Position numbers and translations under genes: made by a program | The notes under the pieces: generated by a model | Databases searched by the model: none | Seen by the model: only the letters and a program-made list of their open reading frames with translations | What the model was told of the DNA's origin: nothing | Origin: Acidimicrobiia bacterium | GTDB lineage: Bacteria; Actinomycetota; Acidimicrobiia; Acidimicrobiales; Aldehydirespiratoraceae | Reading direction: 5' to 3' | NCBI GenBank assembly: GCA_003231645.1 | Contig: QIIW01000026.1 | Coordinates: forward strand, 8,775 to 72,774 | Length of the DNA: 64,000 nucleotides | Shown: positions 37,055 through 47,000 of the stretch, one piece after another | Position numbering within the stretch: the stretch's first letter is position 1 | How the letters are laid out: the number at the start of each line of letters is the position of its first letter

Positions 37055-37386
37055 TTCACAGTCTTTCGGATCGCCGCTCGTTCCAGAGGCTGAGATCCCA
37101 GGGGGTGAGGCGCGGCAGTGGTCCGATCAGGATCGTCTACCATGCCATCCCCGGTGACTCAGCACGCGTAGCTTTCGCCATATCGAGTTCCGTTGGTGGC
37201 GCGGTGGTCCGGAACCGGATCAGGAGACGGATCAAAGCCGTGCTACGAGAAATGTCAATTGCCGAACCAAGCTCATTGCCCGGGGGCGACTACCTCATAA
37301 GGGTCACCGCCCCCCTCGATCGATTCGACCACCGATCGTTGGGTCGCATCATCGAAGAGTTGGTCGCGGACGGGGGATCGTCATGA
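37051..37386 (+). CDS. rnpA: ribonuclease P protein component
   Basis: GTG 37051 overlaps the rpmH stop (GTGA). RNR-like motif [16 protein letters not shown]. It is the last 111 codons of the composite 750-aa track ORF. Confidence 0.9.
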   Translation: MIHSLSDRRSFQRLRSQGVRRGSGPIRIVYHAIPGDSARVAFAISSSVGGAVVRNRIRRRIKAVLREMSIAEPSSLPGGDYLIRVTAPLDRFDHRSLGRIIEELVADGGSS

Positions 37387-37619
37387 CCCCGGCCGCCCGA
37401 CTGCTGCGATGGGCAGTGCGCGCGTACCAGCGTCTGTTCGCCGGACGTCCTTCCCCGTGCCGATACGTGCCCTCGTGTTCTGCCTACGCGGTCGAGGCCG
37501 TTGAGACCCACGGGGCAGTCCGAGGTGGCTGGTACGCAACGAAACGTATATGCCGGTGCCACCCTTGGGGTGGCCACGGTTGGGACCCCGTGCCTGAAAC
37601 CAGGGAACACCGATGCTAA
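37383..37619 (+). CDS. yidD: membrane protein insertion efficiency factor YidD
   Basis: [19 protein letters not shown]...[17 protein letters not shown] signature. The start overlaps the rnpA stop. Confidence 0.92.
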   Translation: MTPAARLLRWAVRAYQRLFAGRPSPCRYVPSCSAYAVEAVETHGAVRGGWYATKRICRCHPWGGHGWDPVPETREHRC

Positions 37620-38884
37620 ACCTGATTTACGACAGTACCGGCGGGTTGATGGCGTGGTTCTATTCGATATGGCCTTCATACGGCATGTCGGTGGTGTTCA
37701 TCACCCTCGCTGTCATGGTGTTCGTCACCCCGCTCACCCTGAAGAGCACGAAATCGATGTTGCAGATGCAGCGGCTCCAGCCGGAGCTGAAGGCGATCCA
37801 GAATCGTTACAAGGACGATCGTCAGAAGATGAACGAAGAGTTGATGGCCTTCTATCAGGAGAACGGCATCAACCCCCTCGGTGGATGTCTGCCACTGTTG
37901 ATCCAAGCGCCCGTTTTCCTGGTGCTGTACCGCGTGGTGAGAGGACTCACCCGTCGGGCCAACAGCGTGGGCGATCAACTCGGCTGGATGGCCGGCGGTG
38001 GCAAGGGCCTCACCAGTATCACGTCGATCGAACATGTGTTCGATCCACAGAATGTGGCCCGTACCAGCAAGCTCTATCTGAGTCTCCGTGACTCGCGTGA
38101 AATGCTGTCTTGGGGCATTGACCTATCGCGATCTGCTTCGGAGGTCATGAGTGAGAGCCTTGTGTCCGCGCTCCCCTACTTCGTTCTTATCGGCGTCGTC
38201 CTGGTCAGCAGCATCTACCAGCAACGCCAGATCCAAGGCCGCAACACCGGCGCACAGGTGAATCCGCAACAGCAGATGATCATGAAGGTGATGCCTTTCC
38301 TGCTACCGGTGTTCAGTTTTACCCTGCCCGCCGCGCTGGTCGTGTACTTCGTGGTGTCCAACGTCTATCGAATCGGCCAGCAGGGTTACATAACCCACTC
38401 TCTCTACAGCGGAGAGGACAGCTTGGGTGCCCAGGTGGCCAAGCAGCGAACGGTCGATGCTGACGATGACAAGACCGGCAAGGCGAAGGGCTCCGATACC
38501 GCGACGGAAAAGAGCAGCCCGGAGCGGTCTCGATCGGGAGGAACAGCAGGTTCGCCGGGGAAGAAGGACCTGTCGGCCAAGCGTCTCAAGAGCGAGCGTG
38601 TCGCCAAGGAAGCCTCTGCCGACGAGGCCGGAAGTGCCGAGAATAAGTCTGGGAGCGCCAAGAACAAGTCTGGGAGCGCCAAGAATAAGCAGGCCAAGGC
38701 CGGGCGCTCCCCCGCCGCCGGGGGCAAGTCCCGGGGCCGATCGGCCAAGCCGGCCGGCACCAAACGGGATTCGTCGGGTGGCGACGACCGGCGTGGTGGT
38801 CGCCCCAGTCGAGCACCGTCTCGGGCCAAAGGCGGACGAACCACGGATCCGGGTAGCCCGCAGTACCGGAAGCGCAAGAAGTAG
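37613..38884 (+). CDS. yidC: membrane protein insertase YidC with a long Lys/Ser/Gly-rich C-terminal tail
   Basis: 60-kDa-IMP core ([43 protein letters not shown]). About 140-aa basic tail. Confidence 0.95.
   Translation: MLNLIYDSTGGLMAWFYSIWPSYGMSVVFITLAVMVFVTPLTLKSTKSMLQMQRLQPELKAIQNRYKDDRQKMNEELMAFYQENGINPLGGCLPLLIQAPVFLVLYRVVRGLTRRANSVGDQLGWMAGGGKGLTSITSIEHVFDPQNVARTSKLYLSLRDSREMLSWGIDLSRSASEVMSESLVSALPYFVLIGVVLVSSIYQQRQIQGRNTGAQVNPQQQMIMKVMPFLLPVFSFTLPAALVVYFVVSNVYRIGQQGYITHSLYSGEDSLGAQVAKQRTVDADDDKTGKAKGSDTATEKSSPERSRSGGTAGSPGKKDLSAKRLKSERVAKEASADEAGSAENKSGSAKNKSGSAKNKQAKAGRSPAAGGKSRGRSAKPAGTKRDSSGGDDRRGGRPSRAPSRAKGGRTTDPGSPQYRKRKK
38645..38686 (+). repeat. 21-bp tandem repeat (2 copies plus a partial copy) in the yidC tail
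   Basis: aagtctgggagcgccaagaa(c/t) occurs twice, encoding KSGSAKN repeats. Confidence 0.85.
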
Positions 38885-38958
38885 CGGCCTGTTGGTCGAA
38901 CCGGTCGTCACTCGTTGAGGCGGCCGGCAGTAGTACCGAAATATCAGGGAGGCAGAGA

Positions 38959-39891
38959 GTGGAATGGGTAGAAGGAGTCGGGGACTCCGTTGATGCGGCC
39001 AAGGAGATGGCACTTGAGGCGCTGGGCGTGCACGAGGACGACGCCGAGGTGGATATCGTCAGCGAGGCCAAGGTTGGGTTGTTCAATCGGGTGAAGGAAC
39101 GGGCTCGGGTTCGGGCCAGGGTCAGGCCCGCCACGCCTCGGACCAAGGACGACCACCGACGTCGCCGTGGACGGGCCGGCAACGGAGGGGTTCAGCCCGC
39201 CAAGGCGAAGAACAGGTCGGGAGAAGTGAGGGGACAGACCGGCACCAAGGATGGCGCCGTGAGGAGCGATTCTCAGAAGGCCACCAGGGCGTCTGAGACC
39301 AAGAGCCAAAAGGCCAACTCGGCCCGGTCGGCCGGTGGGCATGGCAACAGAAACCGTAATCAGAACGGTGGTCGAGAGGCTGCCCCGAAGTCTAGGGATG
39401 ACAACATGGAGACGATGACACTTCCGGAGCAGGCCGACATTGCCGAGGCGTTCGTCACCGGCCTCGCGGCCGCGTTTGGCGAGTCGGTGACCTTCGATCG
39501 CACCGAGGTCGATGAGAACGAGATCCGAATCGTGGTGAACGGTGAGAATCTCGGACGAATGATCGGGCGCCGAGGAGCCACGGCGAGTGCGATTGACGAG
39601 CTGGTGCGCACGGTATTGCAGCGTCAGGCCGGTGGGGGCCGTGAAGGACGGGTCAGGATTGACGTCGGTGGAGTCGCCGGCCGCCGCGAGGAGGCTCTGC
39701 GCGTGTTCTGCCGCAAGGTGGCCGAGCAGGTACGCGAAACCGGCAAGGAAGTCGCACTGGAGTCGATGCGGGGTTCGGATCGCAAAGTCGTGCACGACGC
39801 CATGGCGTCGGAGGAGGGTGTGGGCACGATTTCAGAGGGCGAGGACCCCAACCGCCGGGTGGTCGTCGTGCCGGCGGGGAATGACGACTGA
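38959..39891 (+). CDS. jag: Jag/KhpB RNA-binding protein (Jag_N, KH, R3H)
   Basis: GTG start after AGGGAGG. Jag_N (VEGVGDSVDAAKEMALEALGV), a basic linker, KH (IVVNGENLGRMIGRRGATASAIDELV) and R3H (RKVVHDA...SEGEDPNRRVVV). Confidence 0.9.
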   Translation: MEWVEGVGDSVDAAKEMALEALGVHEDDAEVDIVSEAKVGLFNRVKERARVRARVRPATPRTKDDHRRRRGRAGNGGVQPAKAKNRSGEVRGQTGTKDGAVRSDSQKATRASETKSQKANSARSAGGHGNRNRNQNGGREAAPKSRDDNMETMTLPEQADIAEAFVTGLAAAFGESVTFDRTEVDENEIRIVVNGENLGRMIGRRGATASAIDELVRTVLQRQAGGGREGRVRIDVGGVAGRREEALRVFCRKVAEQVRETGKEVALESMRGSDRKVVHDAMASEEGVGTISEGEDPNRRVVVVPAGNDD

Positions 39892-40516
39892 CGAGTTTCT
39901 GTCGCTCCTCGAGACGGCCTGGCGGCCGGCCCGGGAGATGGGCGCCCTGGGTGGCGTCTCGGTGGCTCAACTGCGCGATCATGCGGCCGGGTTTGTCCCG
40001 TCCGCTTTTCGCGTGAACTCCCCCGCCGACTGTGTTGACATCGGTTCCGGTGTGGGCGTCCCGGGGATATTTCTCGCCCACCTGCTCCCCCACACCCGCT
40101 GGATACTCGTGGATGCCAGCCAGAGACGTTGCGAGGTCGCCCATCAGGCAGTGGAGGCGGTCGGCCTGGGCGGCAGGGTGGCGGTTGTGCACGGTCGAGT
40201 GGATGAGTTTGCCCATCTCAGTGAGCGACGGCAGAAGTTCGACTTGGTGGTCAGTCGTCTCTTCGGTCATGTATCCGAGACGGCTGAGTGTGGGTTGCCG
40301 CTGGTCAGGGTCGGTGGCTGCTTGGTTGTGTCGTGTCGCGAGCCGGCGGTGGCGGCCTGGTCGGGATCCGAACTTGGGCCGCTGGGTGGCCTGTTCGGAG
40401 CATCATGGACATCGGACCAGGGTACTTTCGTTCGTATCGACGGCGTGGCGGGCCTCGAGGGTCGGTTCCCTCGACGACCCTCGGCCCGGCGGCGGGCGCC
40501 GTATCTGGTGGTCTGA
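39881..40516 (+). CDS. rsmG: 16S rRNA (guanine527-N7)-methyltransferase
   Basis: VDIGSGVGVPGIFLA SAM motif. Conserved position between jag and parA. Confidence 0.88.
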   Translation: MTTDEFLSLLETAWRPAREMGALGGVSVAQLRDHAAGFVPSAFRVNSPADCVDIGSGVGVPGIFLAHLLPHTRWILVDASQRRCEVAHQAVEAVGLGGRVAVVHGRVDEFAHLSERRQKFDLVVSRLFGHVSETAECGLPLVRVGGCLVVSCREPAVAAWSGSELGPLGGLFGASWTSDQGTFVRIDGVAGLEGRFPRRPSARRRAPYLVV

Positions 40517-40552
40517 GTCACTGTGGCTCCCCCGGCTGGGCTCTGGCGGGCA

Positions 40553-40568
40553 CGTTTCACGTGAAACA
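40553..40568. promoter_or_regulatory. parS centromere-like site
   Basis: CGTTTCACGTGAAACA matches 15 of 16 positions of the tGTTTCACGTGAAACa consensus. It contains a perfect 14-bp palindrome and lies in the rsmG-parA intergenic region. Confidence 0.8.
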
Positions 40569-40673
40569 CTGTCTCGGACTCACCACGCCATCTCGACAAG
40601 ATTGTCGAGGGTCCTTGCAACTCGGTCGAAGATCGGGAAGGATTGGGCGGATGGCTGGAAGGGAGACCGCTCA

Positions 40674-41474
40674 GTGTCGGCTGCCGAGAGTAGGGGTTCG
40701 AACGGGGCCAGGCCGCGCGTTTTCGCGGTCGCCAATCAGAAGGGCGGCGTGGGAAAGACTACCACCACGGTGAATTTGGGCGCGGCCATGGCCGATCTCG
40801 GTCGCCGAATACTGGTGGTCGATCTGGATCCCCAGGCCAACGCCAGTACAGGCTTGGGCCTGAACCCGAGGCAACTCGACCACTCGATGTATGACGTTCT
40901 GCTGCAGGGAGTTGCGCTGGAGGATGTGATAGAGCCGGCTGCTGTCAAGGATCTCTACGTCGCCCCGGCCAGCCTTGATCTGGCTGGGGCCGAGATAGAA
41001 CTGGTGCCTGCCTTCAGTCGTGAACGGAAGCTGAAAGTGGCCATCGAGTCGGTGGGTAGCGACTACGATGTCATCCTGATCGATTGTCCACCGTCGTTGG
41101 GGCTTCTCACCATCAACGGACTCACCGCGGCCACAGAGGTGATGGTTCCCATACAGACCGAGTACTACGCCTTGGAGGGATTGGGACAACTTCTCCGCAA
41201 CGTTGATCTCGTGAAGCGTAATCTGAACCCGGATCTCGAACTCAGCACGATCGTGCTGGTGATGTTCGATGCTCGCACCAAGTTGTCGGGTCAGGTCGCG
41301 GACGAGGTACGAGAACACTTTGGGGACAAGGTCTGCCGACAGGTGATTCCTCGCACCGTCCGTCTGAGTGAGGCGCCGAGTTTCGGACAGCCCATAACGG
41401 TTTTCGATCCGATGTCACGAGGTGCGACCGCCTATCGTGAGTTGGCAAAGGAGATCATCAATGGCGCGACGTAG
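40674..41474 (+). CDS. parA: chromosome partitioning ATPase ParA/Soj
   Basis: Deviant Walker A ANQKGGVGKTTT. GTG 40674 follows GGGAG. Confidence 0.95.
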   Translation: MSAAESRGSNGARPRVFAVANQKGGVGKTTTTVNLGAAMADLGRRILVVDLDPQANASTGLGLNPRQLDHSMYDVLLQGVALEDVIEPAAVKDLYVAPASLDLAGAEIELVPAFSRERKLKVAIESVGSDYDVILIDCPPSLGLLTINGLTAATEVMVPIQTEYYALEGLGQLLRNVDLVKRNLNPDLELSTIVLVMFDARTKLSGQVADEVREHFGDKVCRQVIPRTVRLSEAPSFGQPITVFDPMSRGATAYRELAKEIINGAT

Positions 41475-42348
41475 CGGCCTTGGCAAGGGGCTGAGTTCGC
41501 TCATCCCAGCCGACTTGGAGGGAGAGGGGGCGGTCTACCGAGAGATAGATATCGACTCGGTGGTCGCCAACCGATTCCAGCCGCGCCGGCACTTCGACGA
41601 GGAGTCGCTGGCCGCACTGGCGGCGTCGATCGTGGAAATCGGGGTCATACAGCCGATCGTCGTGCGCGAGTCCGTCGATGGTGGCTACGAACTCATTGCG
41701 GGGGAGAGACGCTGGCGTGCGGCGCGTCGGGCCGGGATGCCGTCGATACCGGCCCTGATCCGCGGTGTGGACGACACGACGAGCCTCGAGACGGCGGTAG
41801 TGGAGAACCTCCACCGCCAGGATCTCAATGCCCTGGAGGAGGCTGCGGCCTATCTACAGCTCATCGAGGACTTTGGTTTGACCCAGGACTCGGTGGCCAA
41901 ACGAGTCGGAAGGTCGCGCTCTGCCGTGGCGAATTCGGTCCGACTGCTGCAGTTGCCGTCATCGGTTCAGCAGTTGGTGATCGAGTCACAGATCTCGGCT
42001 GGTCACGCCCGGGCTCTTCTGGCGACTCCGAATCGTGAGTTGCAGGAGAAACTGGCGGCCCGAGTGGTGGCCGAATCGCTGACTGTGAGGCAGGTCGAGG
42101 AGATACTCAGAGTTGACGACGGTGGGGGAGGGGATGATGAGTCGGGGTCGGTGGGCAAATCGCCGAATCCCACGTCTTTGCCCGAGCCGGCGGTGCTCGA
42201 ACTCGAGGAGTTGCTCTCGGCCCGACTCGACACCAGAGTGAAGGTGAAGCTCGGAAAGGGTCCCGGCAAGCTGATGGTCGACTTCGCCGACCTGGATGAT
42301 CTGGAACGGATCTACAGGATCATCACTCCTCCCGGCACCATCATCTAG
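41461..42348 (+). CDS. parB: chromosome partitioning protein ParB/Spo0J
   Basis: GLGKGLSSLIP N-terminus, ParB box QPIVVRE...YELIAGERRWRAA, and the HTH region. Overlaps the parA end. Confidence 0.95.
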   Translation: MARRSGLGKGLSSLIPADLEGEGAVYREIDIDSVVANRFQPRRHFDEESLAALAASIVEIGVIQPIVVRESVDGGYELIAGERRWRAARRAGMPSIPALIRGVDDTTSLETAVVENLHRQDLNALEEAAAYLQLIEDFGLTQDSVAKRVGRSRSAVANSVRLLQLPSSVQQLVIESQISAGHARALLATPNRELQEKLAARVVAESLTVRQVEEILRVDDGGGGDDESGSVGKSPNPTSLPEPAVLELEELLSARLDTRVKVKLGKGPGKLMVDFADLDDLERIYRIITPPGTII

Positions 42349-42388
42349 TGAGAGTGACGTATGTCACATCAGGTTTAGGGTAAACCAC

Positions 42389-42420
42389 TTATCCACCTCT
42401 ATGGATAACGCTGTGGATAA
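42389..42420. promoter_or_regulatory. ectopic cluster of three DnaA boxes between parB and cwlM
   Basis: ttatccacc (42389), atggataac (RC gttatccat, 42401) and tgtggataa (RC TTATCCACA, a perfect consensus, 42412). All lie within 32 bp in a locally AT-richer convergent intergenic region. Confidence 0.5.
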
Positions 42421-42428
42421 TCGGGTAG

Positions 42429-43457
42429 TCAGCGCCCATGGAGAGGGTCAGCACACCACGCGGTTACAACACTACGCAAAGTGGCAACGATTGAGGCCGA
42501 CCGTTCCACCACCAGGGGTGGCGGACCCATACGACACCAAATCGCCGGCATTCGGGTCTCCCGGAGGATGGGTAGTCGACGCCCGGAGGCGGGGAGATCG
42601 GTGCCGAGGACCACGCCCAATTGTGAGGCACAACGGCTCGCCAGGGAATGGCCACCGGCGGATTCGAAGCCGTCGGTGGCGAAATAGGCGACCGAAAGGT
42701 CCTCACGGGCGAGAGTGACACCGATGTAGACGCCCCCTTCCCATTCGTTGGCCGATTTCGCTTGCACCGAGAGGTCGGGGTCATGGAGAGCCAAGACCCG
42801 GGCACCGTCCACACGAAGACGACGGGCCAGCCCGTCGACGACCGCGGGAATCCCGCCGGACTCACCAATTACGAGACGTCGATCTGCCACACGGCCGGGG
42901 AGGCTCCTCAGGGATTCCGCTTCGCGAACCTCGGCTACGGTCTTGGATCCCGAACTCCGCCCCCGGAGATGAAAAAGACAGGTGACCGTGTCCCGTCCGA
43001 GGACCCCATCGGGAGTGAGTCCCTGGTTTTTCTGGAAGTCGCGGAGCGCGAGTTCGGTTGCCGGGCCGAAAATTCCGTCCACCCACCCGGCGTCGAACCC
43101 CAACGCCCCCAACTGCTGCTGTAACTGGGTCACGTCATCGCCGCGGGACATCGGTGAACGGAGGTAGAGCATTCGATCGCCGAGTTGATGATCGGCCTCG
43201 ATCAGCGCCGACCAGGTCTGCGGGCCGCAGATGCCATCGACGACGATTGCCCGACGAACCTGAAAGTTCCGGACCGCCTCCAGGGTGTCGGCATCGAAGA
43301 CATCGGTGTCGCCGAGATCGTCGATCCCCATGGCGGTGAGGCGCCGATGGAGATCGCGTACCGATGGCCCGAGATCTCCGACCCGAAGAGGTAGTCCTGG
43401 AGTTGTCACGAGCTGGCAAACCGGGTCGGCGGCATCGACCACGGATCGTACTCCCAC
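42429..43457 (-). CDS. cwlM: CwlM-like N-acetylmuramoyl-L-alanine amidase family protein (2 PG-binding repeats plus Amidase_3)
   Basis: Two PG_binding_1-like repeats (LRVGDLGPSVRDLHRRL...; GDDVTQLQQQLGALGFDAGWVDGIFGPATELALRDFQ) and an Amidase_3-like C-terminus. Same position as Rv3915 next to trxB-trxA. Confidence 0.85.
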   Translation of the reverse strand: MGVRSVVDAADPVCQLVTTPGLPLRVGDLGPSVRDLHRRLTAMGIDDLGDTDVFDADTLEAVRNFQVRRAIVVDGICGPQTWSALIEADHQLGDRMLYLRSPMSRGDDVTQLQQQLGALGFDAGWVDGIFGPATELALRDFQKNQGLTPDGVLGRDTVTCLFHLRGRSSGSKTVAEVREAESLRSLPGRVADRRLVIGESGGIPAVVDGLARRLRVDGARVLALHDPDLSVQAKSANEWEGGVYIGVTLAREDLSVAYFATDGFESAGGHSLASRCASQLGVVLGTDLPASGRRLPILRETRMPAIWCRMGPPPLVVERSASIVATLRSVVTAWCADPLHGR

Positions 43458-43473
43458 TCTCGTGACGCGAAAC

Positions 43474-43495
43474 GACCGGCCCTCGGGCCGGTCGC
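43474..43495 (-). terminator. intrinsic-terminator-like hairpin after trxA
   Basis: On the minus strand, CGACCGGCCC-GA-GGGCCGGTCG (10-bp perfect inverted repeat) is followed by UUU, 47 nt after the trxA stop. Confidence 0.5.
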
Positions 43496-43541
43496 CTGCA
43501 CTAGCAGGCCGCGTTGGGCGACCCGCGGGGGAGACCTGTGC

Positions 43542-43868
43542 TCAGATGAACTCGGAGAGATCGTCGAGCAACGCCTGCTTGGGCTTCGCACCAACCACTC
43601 GCTTGACCGGCTGGCCGTCCTTGAAGAGGATCAGCGTGGGAATGCTCATGACCTCGAAGCGTCGGGCCACGTTCTGTGCCTCGTCGACGTTCAGTTTGGC
43701 AATCCTCAGGGAATCCGCCTTTTCGGAGGCGATCTCCTCGAGAACGGGAGCGATCATCTTGCAGGGGCCACACCACTCAGCCCAGAAGTCGACCAACACG
43801 GGCTCCGAGGAGCTGCTGATCTCCTCATCGAAGTTGGCGTCGGATAGGTGAGTAATTGCCCCGGACAT
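43542..43868 (-). CDS. trxA: thioredoxin
   Basis: 108 aa with a WCGPC active site. ATG 43868 follows AAGGA. The upstream part of the 194-aa track ORF is rejected. Confidence 0.95.
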   Translation of the reverse strand: MSGAITHLSDANFDEEISSSSEPVLVDFWAEWCGPCKMIAPVLEEIASEKADSLRIAKLNVDEAQNVARRFEVMSIPTLILFKDGQPVKRVVGAKPKQALLDDLSEFI

Positions 43869-43989
43869 CTGATGGTCCTTTCGTAGACAGGCACGTGGGT
43901 GCATCGTGGTGAACAACACCCGACCTGGTGCGGCTATTCCGCTGCCGACTCTACATCTGGCCGACGACACCACGGCGACGCGGCGCAGG

Positions 43990-44961
43990 TCAGTGAATCG
44001 CCCCGGGATTGTCCTCGAGCCAGCGTTCGGCTTCGATCGCCGCCATGCAACCCGATCCGGCTGCGGTGATGGCTTGGCGGAAGTAGTCGTCCTGCACATC
44101 CCCGCAGGCGAAGACGCCATCGACATCCGTGCGGGTGGAGTCGGGCCGGGTCATGAGATAGCCATTGTCCTTGAGCGCCAGCTGTCCCTTGAACAGGCCG
44201 GTGTTGGGACGGTGGCCGATGGCGAGGAACACACCGGTGACGGCAAGGACCGACTCCTCGCCGGTCCGGGTGTCGGCTAGACGGAGCCCCGAGATCGTCG
44301 GATCGCCTTCGTAGCCTTTGACTATCGAATTCCATCGAAACTCGATCTTCTTGTTGGCAAACCCACGATCCTGCATGATCTTGGAGGCCCGAAGTTCGTC
44401 GCGGCGGTGCACGATCGTGACCTTGCCGGCGAACCTGGACAGAAACTGAGCCTCTTCGAGCGCGGAATCGCCACCCCCGACCACTGCGATCTCCTGATCA
44501 CGGAAGAAGAAGCCATCGCAGGTGGCGCAGGTCGAGAGGCCGTGGCCGATCAGTTCGGCTTCACGATCGAGACCCAGCATGATCGACTGCGCACCAGTGG
44601 AGATGATGACGGTCTCGGCTCGATGCGTCGGCTCGGCGGTGTCGGGATCACCGATCCACACGCCGAAGGGACGCGACGAGAACTCGACACGTGATGCCTT
44701 CACGGTCTGGACCTCGGCGCCGAATCGCAACGCCTGAGCGCGGAAGTTCTGCATCAACTCCGGACCCATGACCCCCTCGGGGAACCCGGGAAAGTTCTCG
44801 ACGTCGGTGGTGAGCATCAACTGCCCGCCAGGCTGGTCGCTGGTCGAACTCGGTTCGCCCTCGAGGACAAGAGGCGAGAGACCGGCCCGTGCCGTGTAGA
44901 TCGCCGCCGTGAGGCCGGCCGGCCCCGATCCGATGATGATGACCTCACGCACATCACTCAT
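43990..44961 (-). CDS. trxB: thioredoxin-disulfide reductase
   Basis: GSGPAG FAD motif, CATCDG redox centre, GGGDSA NADPH motif. Confidence 0.95.
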   Translation of the reverse strand: MSDVREVIIIGSGPAGLTAAIYTARAGLSPLVLEGEPSSTSDQPGGQLMLTTDVENFPGFPEGVMGPELMQNFRAQALRFGAEVQTVKASRVEFSSRPFGVWIGDPDTAEPTHRAETVIISTGAQSIMLGLDREAELIGHGLSTCATCDGFFFRDQEIAVVGGGDSALEEAQFLSRFAGKVTIVHRRDELRASKIMQDRGFANKKIEFRWNSIVKGYEGDPTISGLRLADTRTGEESVLAVTGVFLAIGHRPNTGLFKGQLALKDNGYLMTRPDSTRTDVDGVFACGDVQDDYFRQAITAAGSGCMAAIEAERWLEDNPGAIH

Positions 44962-45024
44962 GATGTCTCCCGGGTTGTTGTCCGGTGTTCCAACCGGGTA
45001 CGACCCGAGGTGATTCCAGTCGAC

Positions 45025-45471
45025 TCACACGAAGGCATCGACGATCGCCACGACCACCACAGCGGTGATGATGATCACATCGATGATCACCGCTAGGTAG
45101 AGCTTCTTGGGCGCCCCGGTACCCCGGCGTGATCCCCAGGCGCCGAGGCCGACGATGGTCAACAAGCTGCCGATGAACAGGTGGGCGGACCATGTGGCGT
45201 CGCCGACACCGGAACCGATCGGAAGGTAGGCGTCGGCCAGTCTGACCAGGATCGCGACGGTGAGTATGAGAGCGGCCGCGCCGAGAACGAGCGCCACCAG
45301 GCCGTAGATCAGACCCCGAATGGCGGCGACGGCATTGTCGGTGGTGTAGCCCTTGACCCTGTCGACAAGATCGACGATCTTGTCGGCCGCCTGTTCGGGC
45401 CAGTCGTCCGGGCCGATCGAGATACCCCGCTTGGCGGAGGTCGAGTCGTGGGAGCCCTGATCGTCGGCCAT
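45025..45471 (-). CDS. hypothetical integral membrane protein
   Basis: Three or four predicted TM helices after a polar N-terminus (MADDQGSHD...). The overlapping Arg-rich 209-aa ORF is rejected. Function unknown. Confidence 0.55.
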   Translation of the reverse strand: MADDQGSHDSTSAKRGISIGPDDWPEQAADKIVDLVDRVKGYTTDNAVAAIRGLIYGLVALVLGAAALILTVAILVRLADAYLPIGSGVGDATWSAHLFIGSLLTIVGLGAWGSRRGTGAPKKLYLAVIIDVIIITAVVVVAIVDAFV

Positions 45472-45546
45472 GGCGAGGGATCCTAGCCCTGCACGCCGGC
45501 CGTCGCCGCACCCGCGGGCCACCTGCCCGGCCCGGAACCGGCGGAA

Positions 45547-46509
45547 TCAGGGAACGATGTCGAGTTGTGTCACCGGTGAGCACGTGGCGGCGTCGACGAC
45601 GAAGGCGACGGCCCGAGTGGGGGAGATCCGAACGAGTGCCACCAGGTTGGTGACACCGTCAATCGACACCGTTGCGAAGTCGGACACGGCGGCCGAGTTG
45701 GCGATCTCGGCGCCGACCGGGCCGGCCTTCAGGAAGTCGGTGAGGGAACCTGCGCATCGGGCCGGGTCAACGGCGGGGGACGACCGGGATTTCAACACCC
45801 CGGTGACGAGCGATCTCTCGCCGGAGAAGACCAGCGCGAGGTCCTGGCGGAGGGTGGCCATGTCGGGCACCGACTCCATCACGTCGGGGAGCGGGTCGAA
45901 GACCGACGGATCGAACGGAGGAAACCCGGGAATCACGTAGGGAGTCGTCTCAGCCGGGGCGAAGTCCGACCCGCCCACTTCGTCGGCAGTGTCGGTCGCC
46001 ATGGCGGAGGACTCGGCTGTTGCAGCAGCCGCAGCCGTGGTGGTGGCCGCCGTCACGCCGTCGCCCCGGTCCAGGGACTTGGCGCTCAGTGCTTCGCCGG
46101 GCGAGCCGGCATCGGGAATCGGGGCAGCAGGGGCGGACGCGGTTGTGGAATTGGAACTACCGGTCGAATTGCTGATCAACCTGATCGCGGGCACCGCGAG
46201 TGCCACCAAGACGACCGCGGCCGCGGCGGCGAGGAGTGCCCGTGGAACAACACGTCGTCGGGCCGTGGCCAGATCGGTGACGTTGTGGGGCAGCCCACCG
46301 GCGTCCAGTGCCGCCGCCACCAGATCGTCGACGACCTCTGCCTCGAGGGGGTGTACGGGCCGGGCCGAGAATCGGGCCGCGGCACGAAGCAGCGACACTC
46401 TCGCCGCCAACTCGGGATCTGCCTCGATGCGGGCGACCTCGCCCGGCGTCGCCTCGCCGTCGAGGTAGGACGAGATCATCTCGTCGTCAGGGGGAAACAG
46501 GTCGGTCAT
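45547..46509 (-). CDS. anti-sigma factor (single-pass membrane protein)
   Basis: The start overlaps the ECF sigma stop (ATGA). N-terminal anti-sigma-like helix (ISSYLDGEATPGEVARIE), a TM segment (ALLAAAAAVVLVALAV) and an Ala/Thr/Ser-rich extracytoplasmic part. Confidence 0.7.
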   Translation of the reverse strand: MTDLFPPDDEMISSYLDGEATPGEVARIEADPELAARVSLLRAAARFSARPVHPLEAEVVDDLVAAALDAGGLPHNVTDLATARRRVVPRALLAAAAAVVLVALAVPAIRLISNSTGSSNSTTASAPAAPIPDAGSPGEALSAKSLDRGDGVTAATTTAAAAATAESSAMATDTADEVGGSDFAPAETTPYVIPGFPPFDPSVFDPLPDVMESVPDMATLRQDLALVFSGERSLVTGVLKSRSSPAVDPARCAGSLTDFLKAGPVGAEIANSAAVSDFATVSIDGVTNLVALVRISPTRAVAFVVDAATCSPVTQLDIVP

Positions 46510-47000
46510 GGCTGTGAGTTCTGACGTTTCGAATGGGGGGCGTGGTTCCCGGAAATCGTGTCGGCGAGTCGGGATCTTCCGCGGGCGATACGTGATCTGA
46601 CCGTGCCGGGAGCGATATCGAGAACCTCGGCAATCTCCGCGTAGTCGAGCCCGGCCAGATCGCGCAGGATCACCGCGACGCGGAACTCCTCGGGTAAGCC
46701 GGCGAGAGCCGAGTCGACATCAACCTTCGCGCTGACGGTTTCGGCCGGATCTCGCGGCCTGAATGAGGCCACCAAGGCGTTCTCGGCGTGGTCGTCGGTC
46801 AATCCCGGGTCGGGGCGACGACTTCGGCGACGGAGCTCGTCGAGGCAGGCGTTGGTGGCCACGCGATAGGCCCATGTCGAGAAGCGGGCCCGACCGTCGA
46901 ATCGGTCGAGCCCCTTCACGATCGCGATGAGGGCCTCCTGGGTGGCGTCGAGGGCGTCGGCGTGGTTGCCCGCGATACGCCGACAGATCGAGTGGATCAT
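46506..47000 (-). CDS. ECF (group IV) sigma factor, SigM-position
   Basis: Region 2 (DALDATQEALIAIVKGLDRFDGRARFSTWAYRVATNACLDELRR) and region 4 (LPEEFRVAVILRDLAGLDYAEIAEVLDIAPGTVRSRIARGR). Coordinates give the ATG-bounded ORF. A conserved in-frame region 2.1 continues upstream to 47102 without a canonical start (see findings). Confidence 0.85.
   Translation of the reverse strand: MIHSICRRIAGNHADALDATQEALIAIVKGLDRFDGRARFSTWAYRVATNACLDELRRRSRRPDPGLTDDHAENALVASFRPRDPAETVSAKVDVDSALAGLPEEFRVAVILRDLAGLDYAEIAEVLDIAPGTVRSRIARGRSRLADTISGNHAPHSKRQNSQP

Noticed and set aside
35134-37386. 750-aa plus-strand ORF spanning the dnaA antisense strand, the dnaA-rpmH spacer and rnpA
   Set aside because: Only the last 111 codons (rnpA, from GTG 37051) are coding. 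The rest is antisense to dnaA or is intergenic. rpmH lies in another frame within it.
38303-39182. Several 150-240-aa minus-strand ORFs under the yidC tail and the jag linker
   Set aside because: They are opposite low-complexity Lys/Gly/Ser- and Arg-rich coding segments. Their translations are Pro/Arg/Gly repeats with no start-site support.
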